A stretch of DNA of 55,301 bases. Origin: Candidatus Bathyarchaeota archaeon. GTDB taxonomy: Archaea; Thermoproteota; Bathyarchaeia; Bathyarchaeales; Bathyarchaeaceae. Of this stretch, positions 10,216-18,928 are shown in pieces; within the stretch, counting starts at the first letter, position 1, and each line of letters opens with the position of its first letter. The stretch covers positions 1-55,301 of the forward strand of contig JAUWZP010000002.1 of the NCBI GenBank assembly GCA_030615265.1. The letters are read 5' to 3'. The notes under the pieces were generated by a model, which was not told the DNA's origin, did no database searches, and saw only the letters and a list, made by a program, of their open reading frames with translations. Both the position numbers and the translations under genes were made by a program.

Positions 10216-10908
10216 TCATTTATAATCACTGAGAACTCTATCTGTAAACTTCACCAGGTCCTCCTCACTAACTCTCTTTCTGAATTCTTGATACGACTCT
10301 TCTGGTAGTCTCCACTTCTCATCCACGCTTTTTACAACCCTAGCAGGTACGCCAAAGGCGATAGAAAAATCAGGCACATCCTTAGTCACGAGGCTAGATG
10401 CCCCTATTAGACACTCTCTGCCTATGACGACTCCAGGAAGAAGGGTAACGTTCACAGCTATTCCGCTTCCAAATCTGATGTGGGGCCCTTTAGGCACGAA
10501 TTTCTCTGTGTGTCTTCTGCCATGTAGCATTTTTGGATCATTGGCGCCAACAAATAGAGGAGCAATAAACACCCAATCCTCGATGATGATTCCTAAAGTT
10601 AAGTGACATTGGCTGTGTATCAGGACATGGTTACCAATCCAGTTTTTTCCTTCACTGGCGCTCAATGATCCAAATATAGAGTAATCGCCAATGTTGGTTT
10701 CCCTCCTTAATACCGCGTTAGTACCTATTCTACAATGTTTTCCTATGTTGCAATCATGTTCTATGAAAGCACCGTACTGTATGATGCTTCCGTCGCCTAT
10801 CTTTGTATTTTCGCCTATGTACACGTTGGGAAATATGACAACGCCATCGCCTATTGTCACGTTCTCTTTAATAATGCTGTTCTGCCCTATCCTTTTTCTC
10901 TTACCCAA
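10216..10908 (-). CDS. Hexapeptide-repeat (LbH) acyltransferase
   Basis: IGQNSIIKENVTIGDGVVIFPNVYIGENTKIGDGSII hexapeptide repeats in a 230-aa ORF. Confidence 0.75.
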   Translation of the reverse strand: MGKRKRIGQNSIIKENVTIGDGVVIFPNVYIGENTKIGDGSIIQYGAFIEHDCNIGKHCRIGTNAVLRRETNIGDYSIFGSLSASEGKNWIGNHVLIHSQCHLTLGIIIEDWVFIAPLFVGANDPKMLHGRRHTEKFVPKGPHIRFGSGIAVNVTLLPGVVIGRECLIGASSLVTKDVPDFSIAFGVPARVVKSVDEKWRLPEESYQEFRKRVSEEDLVKFTDRVLSDYK

Positions 10909-10995
10909 ACTATCATTTCCATTTATCGTGCGAGCTTTCCTGGAAGTTTTATACTATCCTAGTTGCACTAATTCTGTTATTTTTTCTAGTTTTTA

Positions 10996-11946
10996 TTATT
11001 TTTTATGGTAGGTCTTCTCTCTAATGAGAGTTTCAATCACGTCAACAGGGTTTTCCAACTCTGCAAGCATTTCACTTACGTCTATGCGCCTTCCTAGATA
11101 CTTCTTCGCATACTTCAAAATATCCGAAGGCTTGACCTTAAATAATGGAAACCCTTTCCTAGAAACATAATCATTAACATGTGCCCATCCTAATATTGGA
11201 ACGACTATGCTTGGCGTTCCTTGGAGTGCAGCTTCTCTTCCTATCGTTCCTCCTACACTTATAACTAAGTCAGCTTCTCTAACTAGCGAGAGAGAATCTA
11301 CGAACCCCTCTGGAACGGTTAACCCTTCTATCTTTTCTTTTTTGTACCTTGGAAGAAAAAGCACATTTCCAAGTGAAGCTAGCTTTTTTGCTATGTCTGC
11401 TGTCACATCTATTCCTTTCATGTATGAGGCTTTAAACTCACTCTGCCTCACTACGATTAATGGATGTTCATACCTTTCGCTTTCTTCTCGTTTAAGGGGG
11501 TGAACCCAAGCAAACTCATCCACACCATCAAATTGAACTATATTTTTCGCCCCATATCTTTGATAAACCCTCTTTGGAATTGCCTTTGAGATTATTACTG
11601 TGTCAGCTAGAGGAACAATCAGTCGGTTAGCTTTTGTGTATATTGTATCTCCTGTGCAAAAGATTTGCATGCCAAGCCCAAATGCGGTCCGACAGAGTTC
11701 GACTGATCCATGTGATATTGCAACGTGTGGTTTATCATCTTTAAACATTTCAGAGAATCTAAGCTCTCTCTCTATACTTGCTCTAAATCTTGTAGCAAGC
11801 GACGTTGGATCGTATTTTCCAACGATTTCGAACCGTTCACCTAGTGTCTTCATAACATTTACAGTGTCCGGATGTTCTCTTGTTGTTAAAACCATGTGAT
11901 GTCCAAGTTTTCTGAGACGTTGAGCAATCGCATGTCCATATCGCAC
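10996..11946 (-). CDS. DUF354-family (GT-B/epimerase-like) protein, N-terminus interrupted (possible pseudogene)
   Basis: 316-aa ORF from GTG 11946. In the same frame upstream, an RBS-preceded ATG at 12012 encodes MKIWYDACTGNG and is followed by TAG TAA (11976..11971). My recollection is that DUF354 proteins begin MKIW.D. Confidence 0.65.
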   Translation of the reverse strand: MRYGHAIAQRLRKLGHHMVLTTREHPDTVNVMKTLGERFEIVGKYDPTSLATRFRASIERELRFSEMFKDDKPHVAISHGSVELCRTAFGLGMQIFCTGDTIYTKANRLIVPLADTVIISKAIPKRVYQRYGAKNIVQFDGVDEFAWVHPLKREESERYEHPLIVVRQSEFKASYMKGIDVTADIAKKLASLGNVLFLPRYKKEKIEGLTVPEGFVDSLSLVREADLVISVGGTIGREAALQGTPSIVVPILGWAHVNDYVSRKGFPLFKVKPSDILKYAKKYLGRRIDVSEMLAELENPVDVIETLIREKTYHKK

Positions 11947-12150
11947 GTGTTTTCTGGTGGGCAGCAGTATTTACTACCCATTTCCAGTACATGCGTCATA
12001 CCAGATTTTCATTTCGCTTCTTCAACTCCTTCTTTCTCATTTATTTTAGCTCTACAGTTCAAGGGATCGCCACAGAGGTCAGTATAGTTGTAAAATTTTC
12101 CCTACTCCTAATACTTAATCTGCGCGCGTACAGAACATAATAAATTTAGC

Positions 12151-12420
12151 TTATCCTTTTTCTCTTTTCAAGTTGAAAGGTTTTCCCTCTGAAAGTATGT
12201 TCTTAGGAATCTTGTCTTTCCATCTGCGTAAGAACGGCAATTCATCTTTCTCTTCACGTAGCTCATCGGGCAGCATCTCTGGAATTTCATCTCGTATAGG
12301 ATACCACCGCAAACATTTTGGACATATTATCATGCCCTCAGCAATCTCTTCTGTCTCTTCAAAAACATGTAACTCTAAAGGATAGTACTTGTCAATGGGG
12401 CAAGCCAGAATATCCATCAA
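12151..12420 (-). CDS. Trm112-like small zinc-ribbon protein
   Basis: MMDILACPIDKYYPLEL...ICPKCLRWYPIRDEIPEMLP fits the Trm112/DUF343 pattern. Confidence 0.7.
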   Translation of the reverse strand: MMDILACPIDKYYPLELHVFEETEEIAEGMIICPKCLRWYPIRDEIPEMLPDELREEKDELPFLRRWKDKIPKNILSEGKPFNLKREKG

Positions 12421-12541
12421 CTTTCTTTTGATACCTCATCCCTCCGTTCAGAGTATGTTAATCTAATAATATTATAAAAGATTTGTTAGACTCCAACTTG
12501 AATCAAAGCTAATGCATGAAAGATCTTGTCGTTATTCTAAA

Positions 12542-13411
12542 CTAAACAGCAGAATTGGAAGTAATTTGTATGTCAATAACTATTTGATACCAGTTTGGCC
12601 CAGTTGGGCGTACTATGCGACCAAAAGGCATGTTAAACTCTGCTTTAAGCTTCCGTAGCTTTTCAGAAACTCTCGCTTTAACTTTCTCAACTGGTTTTTC
12701 ATCTTTTCTAGCATGCTCGAAAGCGTAGTAATGAATATATCCGCCTGAGGGTTTAAGCGCAATTAGAGCTTGGTCAAGATACTCATAGGCTTTCTCTGGA
12801 AGCGGCATCAAAACTCTATCAGCCACGTTTCGTAATTGTTTCTCCACAATTTCCTTAGCATCACCCAACAGCGGAATAACTTGCCGCTTAACCTTGTTGA
12901 GCATGACATTTTCCTGCATGTACCCAACAGCAACTGAATTGATGTCTATGGAATGAACCTTGTCTACTTTGGAGAATCTAGCCATAACTATCGAGAAGCA
13001 GCCTACTCCCGCAAATAGATTGGCGACCACTTCGTTTGGTCTAACCAGCTTTGCAACGCGCATTCTTTCATAGCAAAGCCTAGGCGAAAAATAAACGTAC
13101 TTAAGGTCTACTTTAAACAGGCAGCCAAACTCTCTGTGAACAGTTTCAGTTCTGTTTTCTCCAGCAATCCACTGTAACTTGCGCAACCGGAATTCGCCTA
13201 AGACGGGGCTGGTTTGCAGCAGAACTGTCTTCACCTGTTTATGTGTCTCCATGATAGCTTCAGCTACTAGTGGTGCTTTCGGCTTCAGAATATTTTGAAC
13301 CCGAATAATTGCAATGTCGCCTATGATATCAAAGGATTTGTATAGAACTCTAAGTTCTTCAGGGTTCAATTGGTCCCTCAAAAGTGTCTTTAGGCTTCTC
13401 CACATCGGCAA
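12542..13411 (-). CDS. Trm5/Taw22-type (Met-10+ like) SAM-dependent tRNA methyltransferase
   Basis: Blocks FDIIGDIAIIRV, TVHREFGCLFKVDLKYVYFSPRL and VANLFAGVGCFSIVMA are present. Confidence 0.8.
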   Translation of the reverse strand: MPMWRSLKTLLRDQLNPEELRVLYKSFDIIGDIAIIRVQNILKPKAPLVAEAIMETHKQVKTVLLQTSPVLGEFRLRKLQWIAGENRTETVHREFGCLFKVDLKYVYFSPRLCYERMRVAKLVRPNEVVANLFAGVGCFSIVMARFSKVDKVHSIDINSVAVGYMQENVMLNKVKRQVIPLLGDAKEIVEKQLRNVADRVLMPLPEKAYEYLDQALIALKPSGGYIHYYAFEHARKDEKPVEKVKARVSEKLRKLKAEFNMPFGRIVRPTGPNWYQIVIDIQITSNSAV

Positions 13412-13464
13412 ACCTCAAAAACGGTTCACTCCAAGCGGGCTAGACGACTTGCCCAAGTTGCTAT

Positions 13465-15009
13465 CTACTTGAAGCCTTTCGGAAGATAATCATGAAGCAT
13501 CTCAATATCAGACTTTTTGATTGTTTTCAGAGCAACCAGAGACACGAAATAAGTTGCAGCACCAACAATTATGTAGAGAACAAGTATCTGCAAGGTGATG
13601 TCAAAGAGTTGATTCGACGAAGGCATAATAATTCGCCTTACCACATCAAGAAGGAAAATTGCAATTACCATAAGAACAGAAGAAAACGCTGCCTTACTCA
13701 ACGCTTCAATGTCAAAACTGAGAGAAAACACTCGTTTTAGAGCAAAAACACTTAGTCCAAAAGTTATAATTGCAGAGGCAGTTCTAGCCAAAGCAGGCCC
13801 AGGCAAACCAAGATTAAACAAAGCCAATGCAACAAAGGATGCGGTAATGCTAAAGAATATAGAAGCAACCGTGATAACCGAAACTGTCTTGGTGCGTTCA
13901 AGCGTCATCAAAATTGGATTTATTGCAATCCCCAATGTCGCTGGAAGCGCCGCAAAACATATGATAGTTAAAGGCAACGCTGCCCCAGCATAATCTGACC
14001 CCGCGAATAACAATATGATAGGGCTAGATAAAGTTGCCAATCCTATAATGATTGGGAAACCTACTAGCGCTAAGTAGCGTGTGGAGACACGGAAAGCGTC
14101 TTTCAAACTGTTCAGGCCGTGCTGCGCGTAAAGTTGCGAGAGTTGCGGGAAAAGAGCAGTAATGATTGCAGATGAAAAGAGCATGGGAATCTGTGAAGCC
14201 CGAACCGCTACATAGTAGATGCCGAGCAGTTGCTGGCCTTCTGTTGGGCCAAGAACAGCGCTCATATACGAAACGATGAGAATCGAATCTGCCCATGTCG
14301 CAATGAAAACAGTAATAGTGGCTACATAGAGTGGATACGAGAATTTGATTAGCGGCCTCAGCGGATGTGGTTTTTTTATCAAACCCAAATATTTTAAGGT
14401 AAATGCCAAGCCAATTGCGGAAGACACTGCGGCACCCACTAACCAGCTAAAAACTACAGCGAAGAGACCGAAACCTGCAAAGAGGAGGAAAACGCTTAGG
14501 GCACTACGCAGCAAAGCATTTACGAGATTTATCAAAGCTACTTTCCCAATTCTCTGCAAACCTTGCAGACAACTCATCACACTAATATTCAAGATTGTAA
14601 ATGCGGCACCAAACGCAAGCAACTTAAAAAGTAATGTATGGACAGGAGAGCCAAACATAAAGTTTGACAAAGACTCTGCAAAGAAAAAGAGCAAGACGAA
14701 AGCAATCAGCGAAGTAAACATGCAAATCTGCAAAAAACGCGTAAATACTGACCTTGCTTTTTCGAGACGTCCTTCTGCAAGATATTGCGCTAAATACTTA
14801 ACTGTAGCAGGACCTAAAGCGAAAGTTCCGAGAAGGGGGACCAGAATAAGCGTGAAGGATAAGAGGGCAAAGATGCCCATTTCTTCATTTGACAGTGTGC
14901 GCGTGAGAACCACAAAGTAGACTAGACTTATGACTGATGAAGCAAAGCCCTGAATGAAGAGGTATGTGGCGCCTCGTGCAACGCGTGTTGTAGGGCTCAG
15001 TTGTGGCAA
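13465..15009 (-). CDS. Oligosaccharide/polysaccharide flippase (Wzx/MATE-like)
   Basis: 514-aa polytopic membrane ORF with a flippase-like N-terminus (ARGATYLFIQGFASSVISLVYFVVLTRTLSNEEMGIF). Confidence 0.8.
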   Translation of the reverse strand: MPQLSPTTRVARGATYLFIQGFASSVISLVYFVVLTRTLSNEEMGIFALLSFTLILVPLLGTFALGPATVKYLAQYLAEGRLEKARSVFTRFLQICMFTSLIAFVLLFFFAESLSNFMFGSPVHTLLFKLLAFGAAFTILNISVMSCLQGLQRIGKVALINLVNALLRSALSVFLLFAGFGLFAVVFSWLVGAAVSSAIGLAFTLKYLGLIKKPHPLRPLIKFSYPLYVATITVFIATWADSILIVSYMSAVLGPTEGQQLLGIYYVAVRASQIPMLFSSAIITALFPQLSQLYAQHGLNSLKDAFRVSTRYLALVGFPIIIGLATLSSPIILLFAGSDYAGAALPLTIICFAALPATLGIAINPILMTLERTKTVSVITVASIFFSITASFVALALFNLGLPGPALARTASAIITFGLSVFALKRVFSLSFDIEALSKAAFSSVLMVIAIFLLDVVRRIIMPSSNQLFDITLQILVLYIIVGAATYFVSLVALKTIKKSDIEMLHDYLPKGFK

Positions 15010-15240
15010 TAGTGTTCCGCCTCTCGTAAACGGAGTATAGGTGACATTTAAAATTTAAATGCAATGATTGAAACTAACATCTAAGAGGAAGTTTCATGTG
15101 TAACCGTAGAAAAGTTTTTCATAAACCCCTTAGTATTGTCTAAGGCTAGAAGTTGGAGGAAAGGGAAAAATTTGCAATTGAGAAAACTTGTGTCAAAGCT
15201 GGGCGACGGCGTAAAGCTTCTCAAGAACTTGAGGTTCAGA

Positions 15241-17361
15241 ATGTCACATGACCTCGTACTGCAAATAAGTATTCTTTCAATTATTCTTCTAATTGCTTTT
15301 GGGATTCGTTTGTTGCCCATGCGCTGGGGGTTCCATCTATCGGAGTTTGACCCCTACTCTCATTATCGTTCGGCAGAATACATAGTGAACAATGGATTTG
15401 CTTCTTGGTTTACATGGACCGACTATCAAAGATGGTATCCGTTCGGCATAGCTGTGTATAAAGGCTTCTTCCCAGGACTTTCCTTTACTGCTGCGTTTCT
15501 CTACAACATCTTTCAGATGCTGGCTTTACCTATATCATTGTACGAGTTTGCAGTTATATTCCCGCCAATAATGGCTGCCATAACATGTTTGGCACTGTAT
15601 CTTTGGGGTAGAGACACTTGGGGAAAAACCGTTGGGCTATTCTCAGCCTTGTTTTTGGCGTTAAACGGTTCATATATTGGAAGAACATCGATGGGATGGT
15701 TTGACGATGAGAGTGTTGGAGTATTTGCCATCGTGCTCTTTGCCTTTCTTTTCTTGCGTTCGTTAGATGAGCAGCGGTCATGGAACTCTACGGTAAAATA
15801 TGCAGTTGGCTCTGGCTTGTCGCTTGGCTATATATTTGCCAGTTGGGGAGCATCGTATTATCCTTTAGGATTGACAGCGCTTTTTGCAGTTTTGCTTCTG
15901 CTTTTGGGGAGATACTCTAAACGGCTGCTTTTATCCTACAGTTTAACTCTGGGGTTGGGCTTGTTCATCGCTGTTAATGTTCCAAAACTGGCTATGCGTT
16001 TCTTGCTAACTGCACCAGTGCTTGCAGCATTATCCGTTTTCGCCTTGTTATGTTTATGGGAAATCTTCAGGAACACGAAAACGAGTAAATGGAAGTTCAT
16101 CTACACGCTTGGTTTCCTCGCAATTGCTGGTGTCGCATTTGCAGTAATAATGGGAACAGGAATAACAGGGATGGCAGGTAAATTCTATACCGTTTTGAAC
16201 CCTTTTGAACGATTACTTAATCCACTTGTGGAATCAGTGCAGGAGCACAGACCCCCTGCTTGGGGTTCCTTTTATTACGACTACGGCGTTGGAATATTCT
16301 TCGTAGTGATAGGGTTATATTTTGCAGTCAGAAACCCGACGAATCGCAACCTATTCTTGGTTTTATATGCGCTTACAGCCGTATACTTTGCCTCATCCAT
16401 GGTTAGGCTTCTTGTGCTTTTAGCCCCTTCCTTCAGCATGCTTTGGGCCGTAGGCTTAGTTGGGGTGCTGAAACCCTTCATCATGGTGATGAGGGAAGTT
16501 CCTAGAATGCCGTTTAGGAAGAAATATGTTCTTGGTCATGTGGGAAAGGAGTTTAGCGGCGCCGCAATTATCCTAGTGTTCGTACTACTGTCGTTTTCGT
16601 TCATCTTGCCAATGGGGTCTATGAGAGATAAGCCAAGGGTTTTCGAACAAGCGTACTCTCCCGTGACCATTATGGCGTCTAGCGTTCCCTTTAGGGGTGA
16701 TCCTGCAACTGGTGAACCCATACTTGAATGGTATGATACCTTAATGTGGATGAAATACGAACTGCCTAACGATGCAATTGTTGTTAGTTGGTGGGACTAT
16801 GGCTACTGGATATCGATTATTGGAAACAAGACGACGCTGGCGGATAACGGAACAATTAACACCACTCAGATCGCAAACATTGGTCGAATATTCATGTCTA
16901 ACGAAACAGAAGCTATCAAAATACTTGAAACATATAAGCGGGATGAACGACGACCTGAATACCTCGTTGTCTTCACAACCTTTGACGCTAATGGAAATGA
17001 CAGAGGATATGGAGATGAAGGTAAATGGAGATGGATGGCAAAGATTGCCGCCAGCAGGTTCGGCAGCTTTTTTGACGACAATTCCTTTGGGAACCTCACT
17101 CTTGGGATGGATTGGGTGGATACAGATAATGATGGCCAAAGAACCCAAGCAGATGCCCAAGTACCTAATGCTAAAGGACAGAACTCGACGATTTACAAGT
17201 TCATGACATATGCAAAAGAGACTAAACTCGGTATAGCTCCAACTGTTCAATTTGCGTTAAATGTTGAAGGAGAACCTTACTTTGAAGAGGCTTTCTTCTC
17301 TCCAAGCGGGCCCTATGGCGGAATTTACGTATTGGTTGCCGTCTACAAGGTTAACTACTAA
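15241..17361 (+). CDS. aglB: Archaeal oligosaccharyltransferase AglB (STT3 family)
   Basis: Multi-TM N-terminal region plus the WWDYGYWI motif (VVSWWDYGYWISIIG). The ORF is open from 15136, but ATG 15241 (MSHDLVLQ) is the likely start. Confidence 0.9.
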   Translation: MSHDLVLQISILSIILLIAFGIRLLPMRWGFHLSEFDPYSHYRSAEYIVNNGFASWFTWTDYQRWYPFGIAVYKGFFPGLSFTAAFLYNIFQMLALPISLYEFAVIFPPIMAAITCLALYLWGRDTWGKTVGLFSALFLALNGSYIGRTSMGWFDDESVGVFAIVLFAFLFLRSLDEQRSWNSTVKYAVGSGLSLGYIFASWGASYYPLGLTALFAVLLLLLGRYSKRLLLSYSLTLGLGLFIAVNVPKLAMRFLLTAPVLAALSVFALLCLWEIFRNTKTSKWKFIYTLGFLAIAGVAFAVIMGTGITGMAGKFYTVLNPFERLLNPLVESVQEHRPPAWGSFYYDYGVGIFFVVIGLYFAVRNPTNRNLFLVLYALTAVYFASSMVRLLVLLAPSFSMLWAVGLVGVLKPFIMVMREVPRMPFRKKYVLGHVGKEFSGAAIILVFVLLSFSFILPMGSMRDKPRVFEQAYSPVTIMASSVPFRGDPATGEPILEWYDTLMWMKYELPNDAIVVSWWDYGYWISIIGNKTTLADNGTINTTQIANIGRIFMSNETEAIKILETYKRDERRPEYLVVFTTFDANGNDRGYGDEGKWRWMAKIAASRFGSFFDDNSFGNLTLGMDWVDTDNDGQRTQADAQVPNAKGQNSTIYKFMTYAKETKLGIAPTVQFALNVEGEPYFEEAFFSPSGPYGGIYVLVAVYKVNY

Positions 17362-17483
17362 GCCTATGCTTGTGCGTTGAAGCTTTGAGATAAAATCATG
17401 TGATCTCAGTTTCTGTTATTGTGTCTTAGAAGACATTCGAGTCTTGTTCTCAATTCACTTAGTTAAGCGGGATAAGACTTATA

Positions 17484-17507
17484 TTTGTAATTATATATAA
17501 TTACAAA
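17484..17507. promoter_or_regulatory. 24-bp perfect palindrome TTTGTAATTATATATAATTACAAA (candidate operator overlapping a TATA-like core)
   Basis: Read directly. The sequence is self-complementary over all 24 nt and lies about 18-27 nt upstream of the RHH gene start candidates (17525/17534). Confidence 0.55.
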
Positions 17508-17524
17508 CTAATTAAATATCATTA

Positions 17525-17773
17525 GTGAGAGATATGACAGAAAGTGAAAAAACCACTAAGCGAAAGAAATTTACAACCATATCAATTCCAACACCGCTTT
17601 TCAAGAAGGTAAAGGAAAGAATCAAAGGAACAGGATTCACGTCGGTTTCCAGCTACGTGACCTATGTCTTAAGAGAGATCGTAGCTGAAAAAGAGGAAGA
17701 AGAGGAACCGTTCACGAAAGAAGATGAAGAGCGAGTTAAAGCTAGACTGAGAGCTTTGGGCTACATCGACTAG
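17525..17773 (+). CDS. Ribbon-helix-helix (CopG-like) DNA-binding protein
   Basis: KFTTISIPTPLFKKVKERIKGTGFTSVSSYVTYVLREIV is an RHH pattern with an acidic C-terminal tail. ATG at 17534. Confidence 0.7.
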   Translation: MRDMTESEKTTKRKKFTTISIPTPLFKKVKERIKGTGFTSVSSYVTYVLREIVAEKEEEEEPFTKEDEERVKARLRALGYID

Positions 17774-18928
17774 GTGTCCAAAATGCCTCGACCCCACGGC
17801 GGCAAACTTGTGAACAGAGTGCTCGAAGGAAAAGAAAAAGAAAGAGCCTTAGCCGAAGCAGAGGAATTAGAGAAACTACAAGTTTCCAGAGATCTAGCCA
17901 GCGATCTAGAAAGCATCGCAAGAGGAGTTTACAGCCCCATTGAAGGCTTCTTAACCTCTCAAGAACTTGAAAATATACTCCACCGAAAACGATTATCAAG
18001 TGATCTTCCATGGACGATGCCAATCATTCTTAATGCTCCCGAAAGGCAAGTGAAGACGATCAAGGAAGGAGATGCGCTAGCTCTCTTTTTTGAAGCTCAA
18101 CCTTTAGCGCTCATGCAAATCGAAGAGAAGTATGTGTTCAACAGAGAAGATATAGCCAAAAGAACGTATGGCACCGTAGATTCTGCCCATCCCGGTGTGG
18201 CAAAGATTGGACAGTTAGGCAGCACATTCTTTGCAGGTAAAATCAGCCTGATAGACGCCTTAAAAAGTCCTTACGATAGATACAAGTTAAGCCCTATGGA
18301 AACCAGAATTTTGTTCAGAGAGAAAGGCTGGAGAACTGTTGTCGGGTTTCAGACCAGAAACCCACCTCATTTGGGACACGAGTATGTACAGAAAACGGCG
18401 CTAACTTTTGTAGACGGGGTTTTCATCAACCCAGTTATTGGGAGGAAAAAGAGGGGCGACTTTAAAGACGGGGTTATCTTAGAGGCTTATGACACACTTA
18501 TTAAAAACTACTACCTGAAAGACCGCGCGGTAATGTCAATATTGCCCTACGAAATGAAATATGCTGGACCACGTGAAGCTGTCCACCACGCCATTATACG
18601 TAAGAATTTCGGATGCACACATTTCATCGTTGGCAGAGACCACGCCGGCGTAGGCAACTACTACCGACCATATGCAGCCCAAAAAATCTTTGAAGAATTT
18701 CCAGACTTGGGCATAAGCCCATTGTTTTTCAAATCTTTCTTTCATTGCAGAAGATGCGGAGGAATCACTCATGAGAAAGCTTGCCCACACAGCGAAAAAG
18801 AACATATCACCTTTAGCGGCACAAAAATCAGAGCCATATTCGAAAGCGAAGAATTGCCGCCAAAAGAATTGATGCGCCCAGAAGTTGCGCAGATTATCGC
18901 TAAGCATTCAAACCCATTCGTGGAATAG
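17774..18928 (+). CDS. sat: Sulfate adenylyltransferase (ATP sulfurylase)
   Basis: QTRNPPHLGHEY and HFIVGRDHAGVG motifs in a 384-aa ORF. Confidence 0.9.
   Translation: MSKMPRPHGGKLVNRVLEGKEKERALAEAEELEKLQVSRDLASDLESIARGVYSPIEGFLTSQELENILHRKRLSSDLPWTMPIILNAPERQVKTIKEGDALALFFEAQPLALMQIEEKYVFNREDIAKRTYGTVDSAHPGVAKIGQLGSTFFAGKISLIDALKSPYDRYKLSPMETRILFREKGWRTVVGFQTRNPPHLGHEYVQKTALTFVDGVFINPVIGRKKRGDFKDGVILEAYDTLIKNYYLKDRAVMSILPYEMKYAGPREAVHHAIIRKNFGCTHFIVGRDHAGVGNYYRPYAAQKIFEEFPDLGISPLFFKSFFHCRRCGGITHEKACPHSEKEHITFSGTKIRAIFESEELPPKELMRPEVAQIIAKHSNPFVE

Noticed and set aside
9947-10229. The 72-aa (+) and 80-aa (-) ORFs in the 400-nt gap as real genes
   Set aside because: They are mutually antisense, without family motifs or good starts. 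Kept only as a possible gene-remnant observation in the glycosylation-cluster finding.
11971-11976. Reading the in-frame TAG in the DUF354 gene as pyrrolysine or readthrough
   Set aside because: TAA follows immediately in the same frame. No Pyl machinery or PYLIS-like context is visible in the window.
14345-14920. Long antisense ORFs inside clear genes (also 9383..9799, 16741..17250, 47211..47588, 49351..49950, 51046..51588, 54395..54841 and many shorter ones in the track)
   Set aside because: Each is fully embedded opposite a gene with strong family motifs and has a biased, unrecognisable sequence. Treated as spurious.
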